A DNA stretch of 64,000 nt from assembly GCA_964566945.1 (NCBI GenBank), contig CAZMKE010000008.1:81222-145221 (forward strand), written 5' to 3'. The DNA is from an uncultured Verrucomicrobiota bacterium (GTDB taxonomy: Bacteria; Verrucomicrobiota; Verrucomicrobiia; Limisphaerales; SXQI01). Below the pieces are notes generated by a model that was given only the letters and a program-made list of their open reading frames with translations, was not told where the DNA came from and did not search any database. This document shows, piece by piece, positions 25,085-35,237 of this stretch; position 1 is the stretch's first letter; each line of letters begins with the position of its first letter. The position numbers and the translations under genes were made by a program.

Positions 25085-25555
25085 TCAAGTGCCCACCGAG
25101 TCGAGGGAAAAGCGGCCAGCCAGGAGTTTTACGAGCCGGTTTTCCTCGCGCTTCATGACCTGGCGCTTCTTCGGGACAAGATCATCGTAGCCAAGGAGAT
25201 GAAGAACGCCGTGAACCCCATAGCGAACGACTTCAGCCTGCCAGCTCGTTTTAAACTCCGCCGCCTGCTGCTCCGCGACAGCCACGCAAATATAGATTTC
25301 CCCGGTCACCCCCTGGCCGGGCGCCGGACTGGGGTAACCCTCGGAGAGGTCAAATGTGATCACGTCGGTGGGCCCCTCGTGCTGCAGGAACTGGGAATTC
25401 AGGCGCGCCATGGCGGGCGCGGAGACGAAATGAACCGCCACCGCGTAGTCGCTCAGGCCCAGCAAATCCTCGAGAAGCGCGACCGTGATCGCGCGCACCG
25501 CCGCGGATTTAATGTTGCGATCGCGCTGACGATTTCGAAGCTGCAGCTCCTTCAT
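25085..25555 (-). CDS. ybeY: rRNA maturation RNase YbeY
   Basis: It has the zinc motif HGVLHLLGYDD and the block PTDVITFDL. The start overlaps the phoH 3' end by 47 nt. Confidence 0.9.
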   Translation of the reverse strand: MKELQLRNRQRDRNIKSAAVRAITVALLEDLLGLSDYAVAVHFVSAPAMARLNSQFLQHEGPTDVITFDLSEGYPSPAPGQGVTGEIYICVAVAEQQAAEFKTSWQAEVVRYGVHGVLHLLGYDDLVPKKRQVMKREENRLVKLLAGRFSLDSVGT

Positions 25556-26513
25556 CTTTCAGTTTCGTCCGGTGCTCTTCGTAGGCTCCGATGATTCGCT
25601 GCACCAGCGCGTGGCGCACCACGTCGCGCTTGCCGAATTCCATGATGGCGATGCCTTCGACCCGGCCCAGGATGCGGATGGCCTCGATCAGCCCCGAGCG
25701 TTTGTTCGGCGGCAAATCAATCTGGGTCGGATCACCGGTCACAACCGCTTTCGAGCCATGGCCCAGGCGGGTGAGAAACATGAGCATCTGCTCGGTGGTC
25801 GTGTTCTGGGCTTCGTCCAGGATGATGAACGCGTTGTTCAAGGTGCGCCCGCGCATATAGGCGAGCGGGGCGATTTCCAAGATCCCGCGCTCGGTGTTTT
25901 TCAGAATCTCCTCGCCCGGGAGCATGTCATGCAACGCGTCGTGGAGCGGACGCAAATAGGGGGCGATCTTCTCGTAGAGGTCACCCGGCAAGAAGCCGAG
26001 AGCCTCGCCTGCCTCGACCGCCGGGCGGGTGAGAATAATGCGCGACACCTTCTCCTCCTTGAGCGCCTGCACAGCCATGGCGACGGCCAGATAGGTCTTG
26101 CCGGTGCCGGCCGGGCCGATGCCAAAGGTGACATCGTGATCGCGAATCATCTCGATGTAACGTTTCTGCCCGACGGTCTTGGGCGTGACCGTGGTTTTGC
26201 GGGCCGAAGTCTGAATGCGCTGTTCGCCGAGCTGTTGCAGAGCCTCGCCGCCATCATGGCGGGCGACGTTTAAAGCGTAAGCGAACTCCCGGTTGCGCAC
26301 CGGCGCGCCTGATTTGAGAGTGCCTTCCAGGAATTGAAAGACCTGCCTGGCGCGATCGATATTCTCCTGGTCGCCTTCCAGCTTGATCCAGCCTTCCCGG
26401 GAGGTGGCCTTCACCGCCAGTTCATCCTCCATCAGTTTGAGATTCCGCGGATCGTTATTGAAGAGCTGCTGCGCGTGACGCGCCGTCTCGTATTGCAAAG
26501 TTTCTGTTGGCAT
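25509..26513 (-). CDS. phoH: PhoH-family ATPase
   Basis: It has Walker [14 protein letters not shown], the block [18 protein letters not shown], and Walker [10 protein letters not shown]. Confidence 0.92.
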   Translation of the reverse strand: MPTETLQYETARHAQQLFNNDPRNLKLMEDELAVKATSREGWIKLEGDQENIDRARQVFQFLEGTLKSGAPVRNREFAYALNVARHDGGEALQQLGEQRIQTSARKTTVTPKTVGQKRYIEMIRDHDVTFGIGPAGTGKTYLAVAMAVQALKEEKVSRIILTRPAVEAGEALGFLPGDLYEKIAPYLRPLHDALHDMLPGEEILKNTERGILEIAPLAYMRGRTLNNAFIILDEAQNTTTEQMLMFLTRLGHGSKAVVTGDPTQIDLPPNKRSGLIEAIRILGRVEGIAIMEFGKRDVVRHALVQRIIGAYEEHRTKLKDEGAAASKSSARSQH

Positions 26514-26517
26514 TTCT

Positions 26518-27006
26518 TTAGCTGGCCAGAGCCTTCCGCAGTTTCGCGGCGATATCCTTTAACGCCTCGGGCACCACCGTGGTATTGGCGAGCACCGGCA
26601 TGAAGTTGGTATCCCCATTCCAGCGCGGCACCACGTGAATGTGGAGATGCTCCACGATCCCGGCCCCGGCGACCTGCCCGAGATTAATGCCGATGTTAAA
26701 CCCCTGGGGTTTCATCACCTGCTTCAAAGCGTCCTGGCATCGTCTCGTCAGCTTCAATAAATCCGCTAATTCCGTTTCGGTCAACTGATCGAAGTCAGGA
26801 ACCTGCTTGTAGGGAACGATCATCAAATGTCCGCCCGTGTAGGGAAACGAGTTGAGCAGGGCAAAGCAGGTCTTGTCCCGGACGAGCACCAGATTGGCCT
26901 CATCCTCGCTGGATTGGGCAATGCGGGAGAAGATCGACTCTTTGCCCGGTTCCGTCTTGGGAGCGAGGATGTACTCGATGCGCCACGGGGCGTGCAATGG
27001 ATCCAT
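26518..27006 (-). CDS. HIT-family nucleotide hydrolase/transferase
   Basis: It carries the histidine triad HLHIHVVPRW. The stop is 4 nt before the phoH start. Confidence 0.88.
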   Translation of the reverse strand: MDPLHAPWRIEYILAPKTEPGKESIFSRIAQSSEDEANLVLVRDKTCFALLNSFPYTGGHLMIVPYKQVPDFDQLTETELADLLKLTRRCQDALKQVMKPQGFNIGINLGQVAGAGIVEHLHIHVVPRWNGDTNFMPVLANTTVVPEALKDIAAKLRKALAS

Positions 27007-27181
27007 GGGCAGACGCTAGGCGGCACGCGGGCCAATGTAAAGGCTACCCGGCCCGGGAAATGGCCTGCCGCAATTCACCGGGGCGTGGGTCGACCACGTG
27101 GCCGTCTGCGGCGCCGAAAGGCACCTTTCCGTTCATTGACTTTACGAGGACGAATGCTCTAAAACTCTAAAGCCCAGCCGC

Positions 27182-29806
27182 ATGGTCACGCGCCGAGTCC
27201 AACTTTTTTGCCTCGAGGTCCTTTTGATCTCGCCGCTGCTGGCGTCGCTCTCCTCTTCGGCGACGCCGGCGAACAAGGCGGCGTTCAAGCGGCATTACGA
27301 TCGCTTTCTCCCGGCGGCCCTGAACAACTGTGCCGCCTGCCATCTGCCGAGCGCGAAGAAGAACCCGGAAACCCTGGCGGAGTTCCCACACAATCCCTTC
27401 GGCAATCGCCTTCGAGTTTTGGGGGAAGAACTGGCCGCCCAAGGAAAACCTGCTTCGCTAGGCGCGCGCCTGGACCTGGCAGCCAAAGAAGATTCCGACG
27501 GGGATGGGGTTTCAAATCAGGATGAGATTCTGCTCGGGCACAACCCCGGGGACGCGAAGGACACGCCGTCCAGCGACGCGCTGAAATCGCTGGCCACCCT
27601 CTCGGCCGATCTTCGCTCGTTTCTGTCTGCGTATCGCTGGGAGCCATTTCAAACGGTTCGCCGGCCAGCCGTGCCGGTCCTTCAGAACCCGGGCTGGGCG
27701 CGCAATGAGATCGACTGTTTTATCGCCGCGCAGCACGAGAAACGAGGGCTGATGCCGCGGCCGGAGGCGAGCCGGGAGATTTTGCTGCGCCGGGTTTACC
27801 TTGACCTGATCGGACTATCCCCCACGCCCGAGGAGCGCCGGAAGTTCCTGGAAGATTCCTCGTCCGACGCCTACGAGCGCCTGGTGGACCGGCTGCTGGA
27901 AGACCCGCGCTACGGCGAGCGCTGGGGGCGGCACTGGATGGATGTCTGGCGGTACAGCGATTGGGCGGGCTGGAGCGGAGGAAATCAAATCCGCGACAGC
28001 AAACCGCATATCTGGCGCTGGCGCGATTGGATCGTGGAGTCGTTGAACGGGGACAAGCCGTATTCGCAAATGATCGTGGAAATGCTGGCGGCAGACGAAC
28101 TGGCCCCTGAAGACGCCGGAGCGCTGCGCGCCACCGGGTTTCTGGTGCGGAATTACAAAATGCTGAGCCGCGAGCAGTGGCTGGAGGATACGGTGAAGCA
28201 CACGTCACAGGCATTTCTGGGCGTGACGATGGGCTGCGCGAAATGCCACGACCATATGACCGATCCGATCCAGCAGACCGAGTACTACCGGCTGCGGGCG
28301 GTGTTTGAACCGCACCAGGTGCGAACCGACCGGCTGCCGGGCGAGTTGGATGCGGCCAAGGTCGGGTTGGTGCGCGCCTACGACGCCCAGCCGACGCCAG
28401 CGACTTACTTTTTTGTCCGGGGCGACGAGCGCAAGGCCGATACGAATCGCGTGATGACACCGGGCGTGCCGCGCGCACTGACGTGGGAGGGCTCCAGTTT
28501 TGCGCCGGCGCCGGTGCCATTGCCTCGATTCGCGGGCTATCCCGACCGGCGTCCATTTGTCGTGGAGAAAGTTCTCGCCAATTCCCGGCAGGCGCTGGAA
28601 ACGGCGGAAAAAGCCGTCGCGGCAGCCCAGAGTGGAACGCCTTCCGCCCAGATCAAGCGAGCGGAGCTGGCTTTCGCCCTGGCAGAGGCGCGGCACGAGG
28701 CCCTGTTGAATGTCTTGCGCCTTGAAGATCTGGATGAGCAAGGCGGCAAGGAAAGCCCCGAAAGACGGGAACTGGCAGGGACGACCGCGGCCTTGCAGCG
28801 CAAAGCGGACCTGCTCGAAGCAAAGCTGAAACTCGAAGAGGCGCGCCGGACGGAGCGGGATGCCGCCGCCGGAAAGGAAGCCGAGAAGGCGAAAGCGCGC
28901 CGTCTTGAGGCCGAGAAGGGACTGAGCGACGCCGAAAAGCAGTTTCAGGGCGGTTTCAGCACCGATTACAAGGCGCGCGAGGCGGAGACCTACCCCCTCC
29001 AGAGCAGTGGACGACGGCTCGCGTTTGCCCGGTGGGTGACGGATAACCGGAATCCGCTCACGGCCCGAGTCGCGGCCAATCACATCTGGCTCCGTCACTT
29101 TGGTCGCGGCCTGGTTTCCACGCCCGAGAATTTTGGAGCCAATGGCAACCCGCCCTCCCATCCAGAACTGCTCGACTGGCTCGCCGCAGAATTCATGGCG
29201 CGCGGCTGGAGCATGAAAGCTTTGCACCGCCTGATCCTCACCAGCAGCACCTACCGCATGACCTCGACAGGGGACGACCGGGACGCCAGCCTGGATCCGG
29301 ACAACGTCTATCTTTGGCGCATGCCGTCCCGCCGGTTGGATGCGGAACTCGTGCGCGATAATCTGCTCGCGGCCGCCGGAGATCTCGATCCGTTGATGGG
29401 CGGTCCAGAGATCGATCATGCGGATGGCCTTGTCTCGAAACGGCGCAGCCTCTACCTGCAGATCGCCGCGGAGAAGGAAGTGGAGTTCCTGAAGATTTTC
29501 GACGGTCCGGCCGTGACAGAATGCTATCAACGCCACCCGACAGTGATGCCGCAACAGGCCCTGGCGCTGGCCAACAGCAAAATCGCCCTGGCCGAAGCAC
29601 GTTCGCTGGCCGCCAGGCTGTCCGATTCCCGGGATGACCGGGCCTTTGCGGCAGCCGCGTTCGAGCGGGTGCTCGCCCGACAGCCCAGCGCCGCGGAATT
29701 GGAAGCGTGCGCCGCCTTTCTCCGAAATTCTTCGGAGCAGGAAAAGCGGCGGGAAAATCTCGCCCTGGTCCTTTTCAACCATAACGATTTCGTCACGGTC
29801 CGCTAA
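27182..29806 (+). CDS. PSCyt1/DUF1549/DUF1553 (PSD1) domain protein
   Basis: It has an N-terminal planctomycete cytochrome-c motif NNCAACHLP. The DUF1549 block is RRVYLDLIGLSPTPEE, followed by CAKCHDH. The DUF1553 C-terminus ends in FNHNDFVTVR. Confidence 0.88.
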   Translation: MVTRRVQLFCLEVLLISPLLASLSSSATPANKAAFKRHYDRFLPAALNNCAACHLPSAKKNPETLAEFPHNPFGNRLRVLGEELAAQGKPASLGARLDLAAKEDSDGDGVSNQDEILLGHNPGDAKDTPSSDALKSLATLSADLRSFLSAYRWEPFQTVRRPAVPVLQNPGWARNEIDCFIAAQHEKRGLMPRPEASREILLRRVYLDLIGLSPTPEERRKFLEDSSSDAYERLVDRLLEDPRYGERWGRHWMDVWRYSDWAGWSGGNQIRDSKPHIWRWRDWIVESLNGDKPYSQMIVEMLAADELAPEDAGALRATGFLVRNYKMLSREQWLEDTVKHTSQAFLGVTMGCAKCHDHMTDPIQQTEYYRLRAVFEPHQVRTDRLPGELDAAKVGLVRAYDAQPTPATYFFVRGDERKADTNRVMTPGVPRALTWEGSSFAPAPVPLPRFAGYPDRRPFVVEKVLANSRQALETAEKAVAAAQSGTPSAQIKRAELAFALAEARHEALLNVLRLEDLDEQGGKESPERRELAGTTAALQRKADLLEAKLKLEEARRTERDAAAGKEAEKAKARRLEAEKGLSDAEKQFQGGFSTDYKAREAETYPLQSSGRRLAFARWVTDNRNPLTARVAANHIWLRHFGRGLVSTPENFGANGNPPSHPELLDWLAAEFMARGWSMKALHRLILTSSTYRMTSTGDDRDASLDPDNVYLWRMPSRRLDAELVRDNLLAAAGDLDPLMGGPEIDHADGLVSKRRSLYLQIAAEKEVEFLKIFDGPAVTECYQRHPTVMPQQALALANSKIALAEARSLAARLSDSRDDRAFAAAAFERVLARQPSAAELEACAAFLRNSSEQEKRRENLALVLFNHNDFVTVR

Positions 29807-29809
29807 CGC

Positions 29810-31276
29810 ATGAAAAAAACCTCGCAGAGCTGTGGATTGACCCGCCGGTCCTTTCTGGCGGACACCGGCCTGGGCTTTACCGGCCTGGCTCTCGGCGCGA
29901 TGTGGTTGCGCGATGCCGCCAAGGCGGCCACGGACGGCTGGCGGCCGCCGGACGGACGGCCGCACCGCACTCCGAAAGCACGGTCGGTGATCTGGATTTT
30001 TCTGTGCGGCGGAGTGAGCCACCTCGAGAGTTTTGACGTCAAGCCAGAGCTGAACAAATACGCGGGGAAATCAATCGAGGAGACGCCGTTCAAAAACATT
30101 CTCGATCCAAAACGGGTGAATCAGGATGTGGTGGGCGCGAACCCGGCGCACGGAAACCGCAAGATGATCATGCCGCTGCAAACGGGCTTTCAGCGTTACG
30201 GCGAAAGCGGCCTGCTCGTGGGTGATTGGTTCCGGCAGGTGGGGGCTCACGCGGACGACCTGGCTGTCATCCGATCTCTGTGGACGATTCATAATGATCA
30301 CGGAGCCCAGCTGACCTGGCAGACCGGACGCCATCCGCGCGAGCTTGATCATCCCACGCTGGGCTCGTGGGTCTGCTACGGCCTCGGCACGATGAACCAA
30401 AACCTGCCGGAATACGTGGTGCTTGGGGTGCCGACCGGAGATTGTTGCGGTGGCGCTTTTACCCACGGGGCGGCCTACCTTGGCGCCGAGTACGCCGGGG
30501 TCCGGCTCAGTGTAGATCCGAAAAATCCGATGCCGTTTATTGCGCCTCCGGAAGGGGCCCTGACGCGCGAGGAGCAATTGGACAACCTCAGCCTGCTCGG
30601 GCAGCTCAACCATCTCGCCGGCATCGACTATCCGGATGACAAGGATCTCCGCGCCCGCATCAAAGCGTACGAACTCGCCTTTCAGATGCAGACCTCGATT
30701 CCCGAAACGCTCGAGCTGCATCGGGAAACGCCGGCGACCCGCCAGCTCTATGGCTTGGATCGGCCGGAAACGAAAAGTTTCGGCGAGCAGTGTCTGGTCG
30801 CCCGCCGGCTGGTGGAACGCGGCGTCCGGTTCATCCAGCTTTTCCACGGAGGCGGGGGCGGCGGAGATTGGGACGCGCATTCGGAGATCAAATCAAACCA
30901 TGGCAAACTGGCCGAACAAGTGGACCGGCCGATTGCGGGACTCCTGGCCGACTTAAAGCAGCGCGGATTGCTCGACGAAACCATCGTGGTTTTCGGAACC
31001 GAATTTGGCCGCTCGCCCGGCGCGGAGGGGACCGGCCGTGATCATCACCCGAACGGCTTCAGCGCCTGGCTGGCGGGCGGCGGAATCAAAGGCGGGGTGA
31101 CGCACGGCGCGACAGACGAACTTGGCTTTCATGCCGTGGAAGATCGCCACTACGTCACAGACATTCACGCCACCGTCCTCCACCAACTTGGGCTCGATTC
31201 CCGCCTGCTCGAACTGCCCGGCCGGAAGCGGCTCGATATGGATCACGGCGCGCCCATTTTCCCGATTATCACCTGA
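29810..31276 (+). CDS. DUF1501 sulfatase-fold protein with a Tat signal
   Basis: It has the Tat motif LTRRSFLADTGLGFTGLALGA and the blocks GGVSHLESFD and FGTEFGRSP...GRDHHP. It is the canonical partner of the upstream DUF1549/1553 gene, with a 3-nt gap. Confidence 0.88.
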   Translation: MKKTSQSCGLTRRSFLADTGLGFTGLALGAMWLRDAAKAATDGWRPPDGRPHRTPKARSVIWIFLCGGVSHLESFDVKPELNKYAGKSIEETPFKNILDPKRVNQDVVGANPAHGNRKMIMPLQTGFQRYGESGLLVGDWFRQVGAHADDLAVIRSLWTIHNDHGAQLTWQTGRHPRELDHPTLGSWVCYGLGTMNQNLPEYVVLGVPTGDCCGGAFTHGAAYLGAEYAGVRLSVDPKNPMPFIAPPEGALTREEQLDNLSLLGQLNHLAGIDYPDDKDLRARIKAYELAFQMQTSIPETLELHRETPATRQLYGLDRPETKSFGEQCLVARRLVERGVRFIQLFHGGGGGGDWDAHSEIKSNHGKLAEQVDRPIAGLLADLKQRGLLDETIVVFGTEFGRSPGAEGTGRDHHPNGFSAWLAGGGIKGGVTHGATDELGFHAVEDRHYVTDIHATVLHQLGLDSRLLELPGRKRLDMDHGAPIFPIIT

Positions 31277-31290
31277 CCCCGCCCAGCTCG

Positions 31291-32301
31291 ATGAAGACGA
31301 TCCGGATCGCTCAATTCGGGCTCGGCCCGATTGGCCTTGAGACCTTAAAGCTCGCCGCCACGCGCCCCTGGATCGAGATCGTGGGCGGCGTCGACGTCAA
31401 CCCAGCCCTGGCCGGACAATCCCTCGGGGTGCTCACCGGGCTGCCGTCGCTGAGGGGTGCGCCTGTTGTTCCCGCCGTTTCGGACCTGACGGAGCGGCCG
31501 GACCTGATTTTTCACACAGCGGTCTCGAAACTAGCCGATGCCGCGGCTCAAATCCTGCCGCTGGCGGCGCTGGGGATCAGCATTGTTTCTTCCTGCGAGG
31601 AACTGCTCTTCCCGGCTTTTCGGAATGCGCACCTGGCCCGGCAGCTTGACGAAGCGGCGAAGTCGGGCGGGGCGCGCATTCTCGGGACAGGCGTCAATCC
31701 CGGCTTCGTAATGGACCTCCTGCCTCTTTGTTTAACGGGGGTCTGCCGTTCGGTGGAAGCCGTCCACGTTCAACGCGTTGTCAACGCCAGCACACGGCGC
31801 GGACCGCTCCAGAAAAAGATCGGCAGCGGTTTGCCGCCGGCCGAGTTTGAACGCCTTTTCCGGCTGGGGCAGACCGGCCACGCCGGATTGAAGGACTCCG
31901 CCGCCCTCTTGGCGCATGGCCTGGGCTGGGAGCTGGAAAGCCTGGTCGAAACAGGCGCGGCGGTGGCAGCGGATCATGATATTGCCACGGCGCACGTCAC
32001 CGTTAAGAAAGGCCAAACCTGCGGCTTGCATCAGCGGGCGGAGGGAGTCGTCCGCGGCCGGACCTGCCTGACGCTCGACCTCAAGATGTATCTGGATGCG
32101 CCCGATCCGCACGACGCCTGCCAGATCGTAGGGGAACCGCCTCTGGACCTTCGCCTCGAAGGCGGGGTAGCGGGCGACACGGCCACGATTGCGGCGCTGG
32201 TCAACGCCGCGCCGCGCCTGCTTTCGGCCCCGCCCGGACTCCGCCTCATGACGGATATCGCTCTTCCAAAATTCGCCGGGGCCTTCTCGAGGGCAACGTA
32301 A
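31291..32301 (+). CDS. NAD(P)-binding DapB-like oxidoreductase (amine-dehydrogenase-like family)
   Basis: It has the N-terminal Rossmann motif IRIAQFGLGPIGLETLK. The overall length and pattern resemble dihydrodipicolinate-reductase-like proteins, but the function is not assignable from sequence alone. Confidence 0.5.
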   Translation: MKTIRIAQFGLGPIGLETLKLAATRPWIEIVGGVDVNPALAGQSLGVLTGLPSLRGAPVVPAVSDLTERPDLIFHTAVSKLADAAAQILPLAALGISIVSSCEELLFPAFRNAHLARQLDEAAKSGGARILGTGVNPGFVMDLLPLCLTGVCRSVEAVHVQRVVNASTRRGPLQKKIGSGLPPAEFERLFRLGQTGHAGLKDSAALLAHGLGWELESLVETGAAVAADHDIATAHVTVKKGQTCGLHQRAEGVVRGRTCLTLDLKMYLDAPDPHDACQIVGEPPLDLRLEGGVAGDTATIAALVNAAPRLLSAPPGLRLMTDIALPKFAGAFSRAT

Positions 32302-32314
32302 TCGGCCGGCTTGA

Positions 32315-32848
32315 TCAGTCTTGGAACCGGGCGTGGTAAACAAAATCCTTCTCCGAACCAGCTTTTATATGGCATTCCGCGCACACCGCGGATTTCTCGG
32401 GCGGCGTGATAAAAGCACCGTTCGGCTTGTATTCGACAAAGTCCCATTCCCCGCTCCGTTTGTCACCATACTGCTTGCCGAAGTTCCGTTCCTTGCGCAT
32501 CACATGCAAACCGGAGACGGCATCCTTCTTGAGCTGCCCCTTATCATCTTTGCGAGTAGTGGCGGTCTCCATGACGAGGACGGAACCGAAGGGATAAGGC
32601 AACTGAGCTTTGTTCGTCACAGAAGCCGCGGGCTCGTTGCCATAGACGGTCACAAGCTTGGCGCCATGGTCACGTTCCACTGTGCGGAGAATCGAGAATC
32701 GTGCGGCGTAGTCTTTGGGGAAACCGACCCGGTCCACTTTTGCCGCTTCATCGGAATCGGCGAGCGAGCCGAGGCTCAGCGTCACCCCGAGAAGAGCGGA
32801 CATACAGCTTCGGTTCAGAATCCAGGATGAAGGACGACCGTTTTGCAT
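32315..32848 (-). CDS. cytochrome P460-family heme protein (secreted)
   Basis: It has the C-terminal heme motif SAVCAECHIKAGSEKDFVYHARF, preceded by the beta-rich domain typical of P460. There is a signal-like N-terminus. The start is uncertain (32848 or 32803). Confidence 0.6.
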   Translation of the reverse strand: MQNGRPSSWILNRSCMSALLGVTLSLGSLADSDEAAKVDRVGFPKDYAARFSILRTVERDHGAKLVTVYGNEPAASVTNKAQLPYPFGSVLVMETATTRKDDKGQLKKDAVSGLHVMRKERNFGKQYGDKRSGEWDFVEYKPNGAFITPPEKSAVCAECHIKAGSEKDFVYHARFQD

Positions 32849-32988
32849 ATCGGCCGAGGCTAGGGACAATGGGGAAAATCGCAACTTTTGCCGGGACGGC
32901 TGGCCTTTGCTGAAAAATCGGCCTGCAGCGCTTGCGCGCCCGAAGGATTTTGGGCGCAGCGACGTCTTACTAGGTAAAAGGAGGAGAT

Positions 32989-33783
32989 ATGTCGAAGGTT
33001 TTGATCTGCATCGTTCTTTTCACAAGCGTCTTTCGAACTGGCGCCCAGGCCATTCAGCCGCCGCCTGTGCAATTGGCGCCCCGACCTCCGGTCGCCGGCA
33101 GCTTTGGCAAAGGATCCGGAGCCGAGAACGAGAAGGATCTGCCACGCTTCGACCTCGATTTCGCGGGAGGGACGCCACAGGAACTCGTTGATGCAATCCG
33201 GGCCCAGATCGGAACACTGAACGCGATCATACCCGAGAAGGACCGCGCAGAGCGCATTCCGGCCTTCAATGTGAAGGGGGCAAACGTAGCGGAGTTGTTT
33301 CGAGCTTTGCAGTCAGCGAGCCAGCAAACGCATAGTTATCAAACCGGGTTCGTGGACTACGGCGGCAACGGAAACAATCGGCGGGCGGCTTTGCAGTGGA
33401 ACACGGTCGTGAGCGGCTTCCAAACGGTGGGCGCGGTCACGCCCGAAGCGGTTTGGTACTACTCCGCGAACAGCCCACCGAGCCTCGACGTGACCGTTTG
33501 TCGATTTTACCAACTCGCTCCGTATCTCGGGAGCTATAAAGTGGACGACATTACCACGGCCATTCAGGCGGGCTGGAAAATGCTGGGGGACAAAGACACT
33601 CCCAAGCTCAACTACCATGAAGACACGAAGTTATTGATCGCGGTGGGCACGCAGGCGAAATTGGAGATGATCGACGCCGTCCTGAGCGAACTGAAGAAGG
33701 GAAAAGGCGACGCGGAAACTCCGTCCGGACCGCCTGCCAGCAAGGACGCGTCCAACTCGACTAAGAGCGACAAAGCCCGGTGA
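32989..33783 (+). CDS. secreted hypothetical protein with secretin-N/STN-like segments
   Basis: It has the signal peptide MSKVLICIVLFTSVFRTGAQA. The segments FDLDFAGGTPQELVDAIRAQIGTLNAII and KLLIAVGTQAKLEMIDAVLSEL resemble STN/NolW-like modules. This is an inference only. Confidence 0.5.
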   Translation: MSKVLICIVLFTSVFRTGAQAIQPPPVQLAPRPPVAGSFGKGSGAENEKDLPRFDLDFAGGTPQELVDAIRAQIGTLNAIIPEKDRAERIPAFNVKGANVAELFRALQSASQQTHSYQTGFVDYGGNGNNRRAALQWNTVVSGFQTVGAVTPEAVWYYSANSPPSLDVTVCRFYQLAPYLGSYKVDDITTAIQAGWKMLGDKDTPKLNYHEDTKLLIAVGTQAKLEMIDAVLSELKKGKGDAETPSGPPASKDASNSTKSDKAR

Positions 33784-33786
33784 GGA

Positions 33787-34422
33787 ATGACGCGGTCGAT
33801 GGAGGGCGGAATACAGGCGATGGCAGGCATGGAGGATGGGCCGGACGCCGGCAGAGGTTCGGTCCCAGCCTCTCCCGTGTTGCTGGGGCTCACTCGCGCC
33901 ATGGCGGCTGGCGACGAGCAGGCGTTTCGTGATTTTTTTGGCCTGTATTTTCATCGGCTGTTCGCCTATCTCCTGACAGTAGCGCACGGGAACGAGGACC
34001 TGGCGCGGGATTTACTGCAGCAGACCATGATTCGGGTGGCGCGCCATGTAAGACCATTTGCCAGCGAGGAGGAATTCTGGCGCTGGCTCACCCGGCTGGC
34101 GCGGAGCCGTGCCATTGACGAGGGGCGCAGGGCCGGGCGCTACTTTGCCTTTCTGCAACGCTTCACCCTTTGGATCAATACACCCGAAGAGGCCGGACCG
34201 GAAGCAGACCTGGACGCAGTGTTGCAACAAGAATTAGCCCGGCTGCCGGACGAAGAGAGAGCTGTGCTGGAGCGCAAGTATCTCCAGCACTGGTCCGTAC
34301 GGGAAATCGCGGAACTGCAAGGGACTACCGAGAAGGCGGTTGAGTCCCGCCTTAGCCGAGCACGCGCGAGACTGAAGCAATTGACTCTGGCGCGGCTCGC
34401 GGAGGAGGGCGAAAATGAGTAA
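33787..34422 (+). CDS. ECF-type RNA polymerase sigma factor
   Basis: Region 2 reads FRDFFGLYFHRLFAYLLTVAHGNEDLARDLLQQTMIRV. Region 4 reads LPDEERAVLERKYLQHWSVREIAELQGTTEKAVESRLSRARARLK. Several in-frame ATGs (33787-33829) could be the start. Confidence 0.85.
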   Translation: MTRSMEGGIQAMAGMEDGPDAGRGSVPASPVLLGLTRAMAAGDEQAFRDFFGLYFHRLFAYLLTVAHGNEDLARDLLQQTMIRVARHVRPFASEEEFWRWLTRLARSRAIDEGRRAGRYFAFLQRFTLWINTPEEAGPEADLDAVLQQELARLPDEERAVLERKYLQHWSVREIAELQGTTEKAVESRLSRARARLKQLTLARLAEEGENE

Positions 34423-34903
34423 ACTCGATGATCAAGAACGACTGGATCTGTTGCGGGATATGTTACAAACCAGCTGCCCGCCCGATTTCGAAACGGAGAT
34501 CTTCGCCAGAACACTGAAAGCGGCGCGCCGGAGGGCGATAAGACGGACGGTGCTGCGCGGCACTGCCGCCACTGCAGCGTTGTTTCTATTCGCCGCAGCG
34601 ATTCACAGCCGGTGGCAGCGACCTCCCTCAGAACCGACGACCGTCCGCGTGCACGCCCACAAGAGCATCCAAACGGTCCCGTTTGGGAACATCATTCACA
34701 CCGAGAGAATGACCGAACGCGCAACCCCCTCGCCGGGCGTCGCGTTCATCCGCACTCAAAGCGCTGCTGAACAAGGAATTCTTCATCCAATCAACGATGA
34801 AGAGCTCATGAATTTACTCCGCGGGACGGGCATGGCCCTGATCCGCCGAGGCGCGCACGGCGCGGAGCTGATCGGCGATCCAGCAATCAGCGGGAGCCCA
34901 TAA
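34415..34903 (+). CDS. putative anti-sigma factor (single-pass membrane protein)
   Basis: It overlaps the sigma gene by 8 nt. It has one TM helix, GTAATAALFLFAAAI, after a short cytoplasmic N-terminus. I see no recognisable ZAS motif. Confidence 0.5.
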   Translation: MSKLDDQERLDLLRDMLQTSCPPDFETEIFARTLKAARRRAIRRTVLRGTAATAALFLFAAAIHSRWQRPPSEPTTVRVHAHKSIQTVPFGNIIHTERMTERATPSPGVAFIRTQSAAEQGILHPINDEELMNLLRGTGMALIRRGAHGAELIGDPAISGSP

Positions 34904-35237
34904 CAACGCCCGAGCGCTTGAAGGTCGAAGTTTAAAGTAGGAGTTAGTGCGGTGATGGCGGCGGGTGGAAGAAGGGGAAGCGCCGGAGCGAAGCCGGGTG
35001 GGGCACGGGGACTACAAAAAGCGCCGACCGGAGGGGCGCACGGCCCGGAGTGGGTCTACAGAGGCCGAGACATAATGATTCCTGACGTTTCAGACACTCC
35101 TTTTTGCCTGCATTTGCCTTGACAGATCGCTTGATCCCCAGCGTCATACTTCATCCCATGAGGCTGAGGCAGCCTGCCGCCCGCCCAAGCCTGCGAAAGT
35201 AGTTTAATCTCCAGTCAATTCAGCACGATAGGACTCC

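Noticed and set aside
28205-30022. A 605-aa minus-strand ORF spanning the DUF1553/DUF1501 junction.
   Set aside because: It is antisense to two strongly supported genes and shows no motifs.
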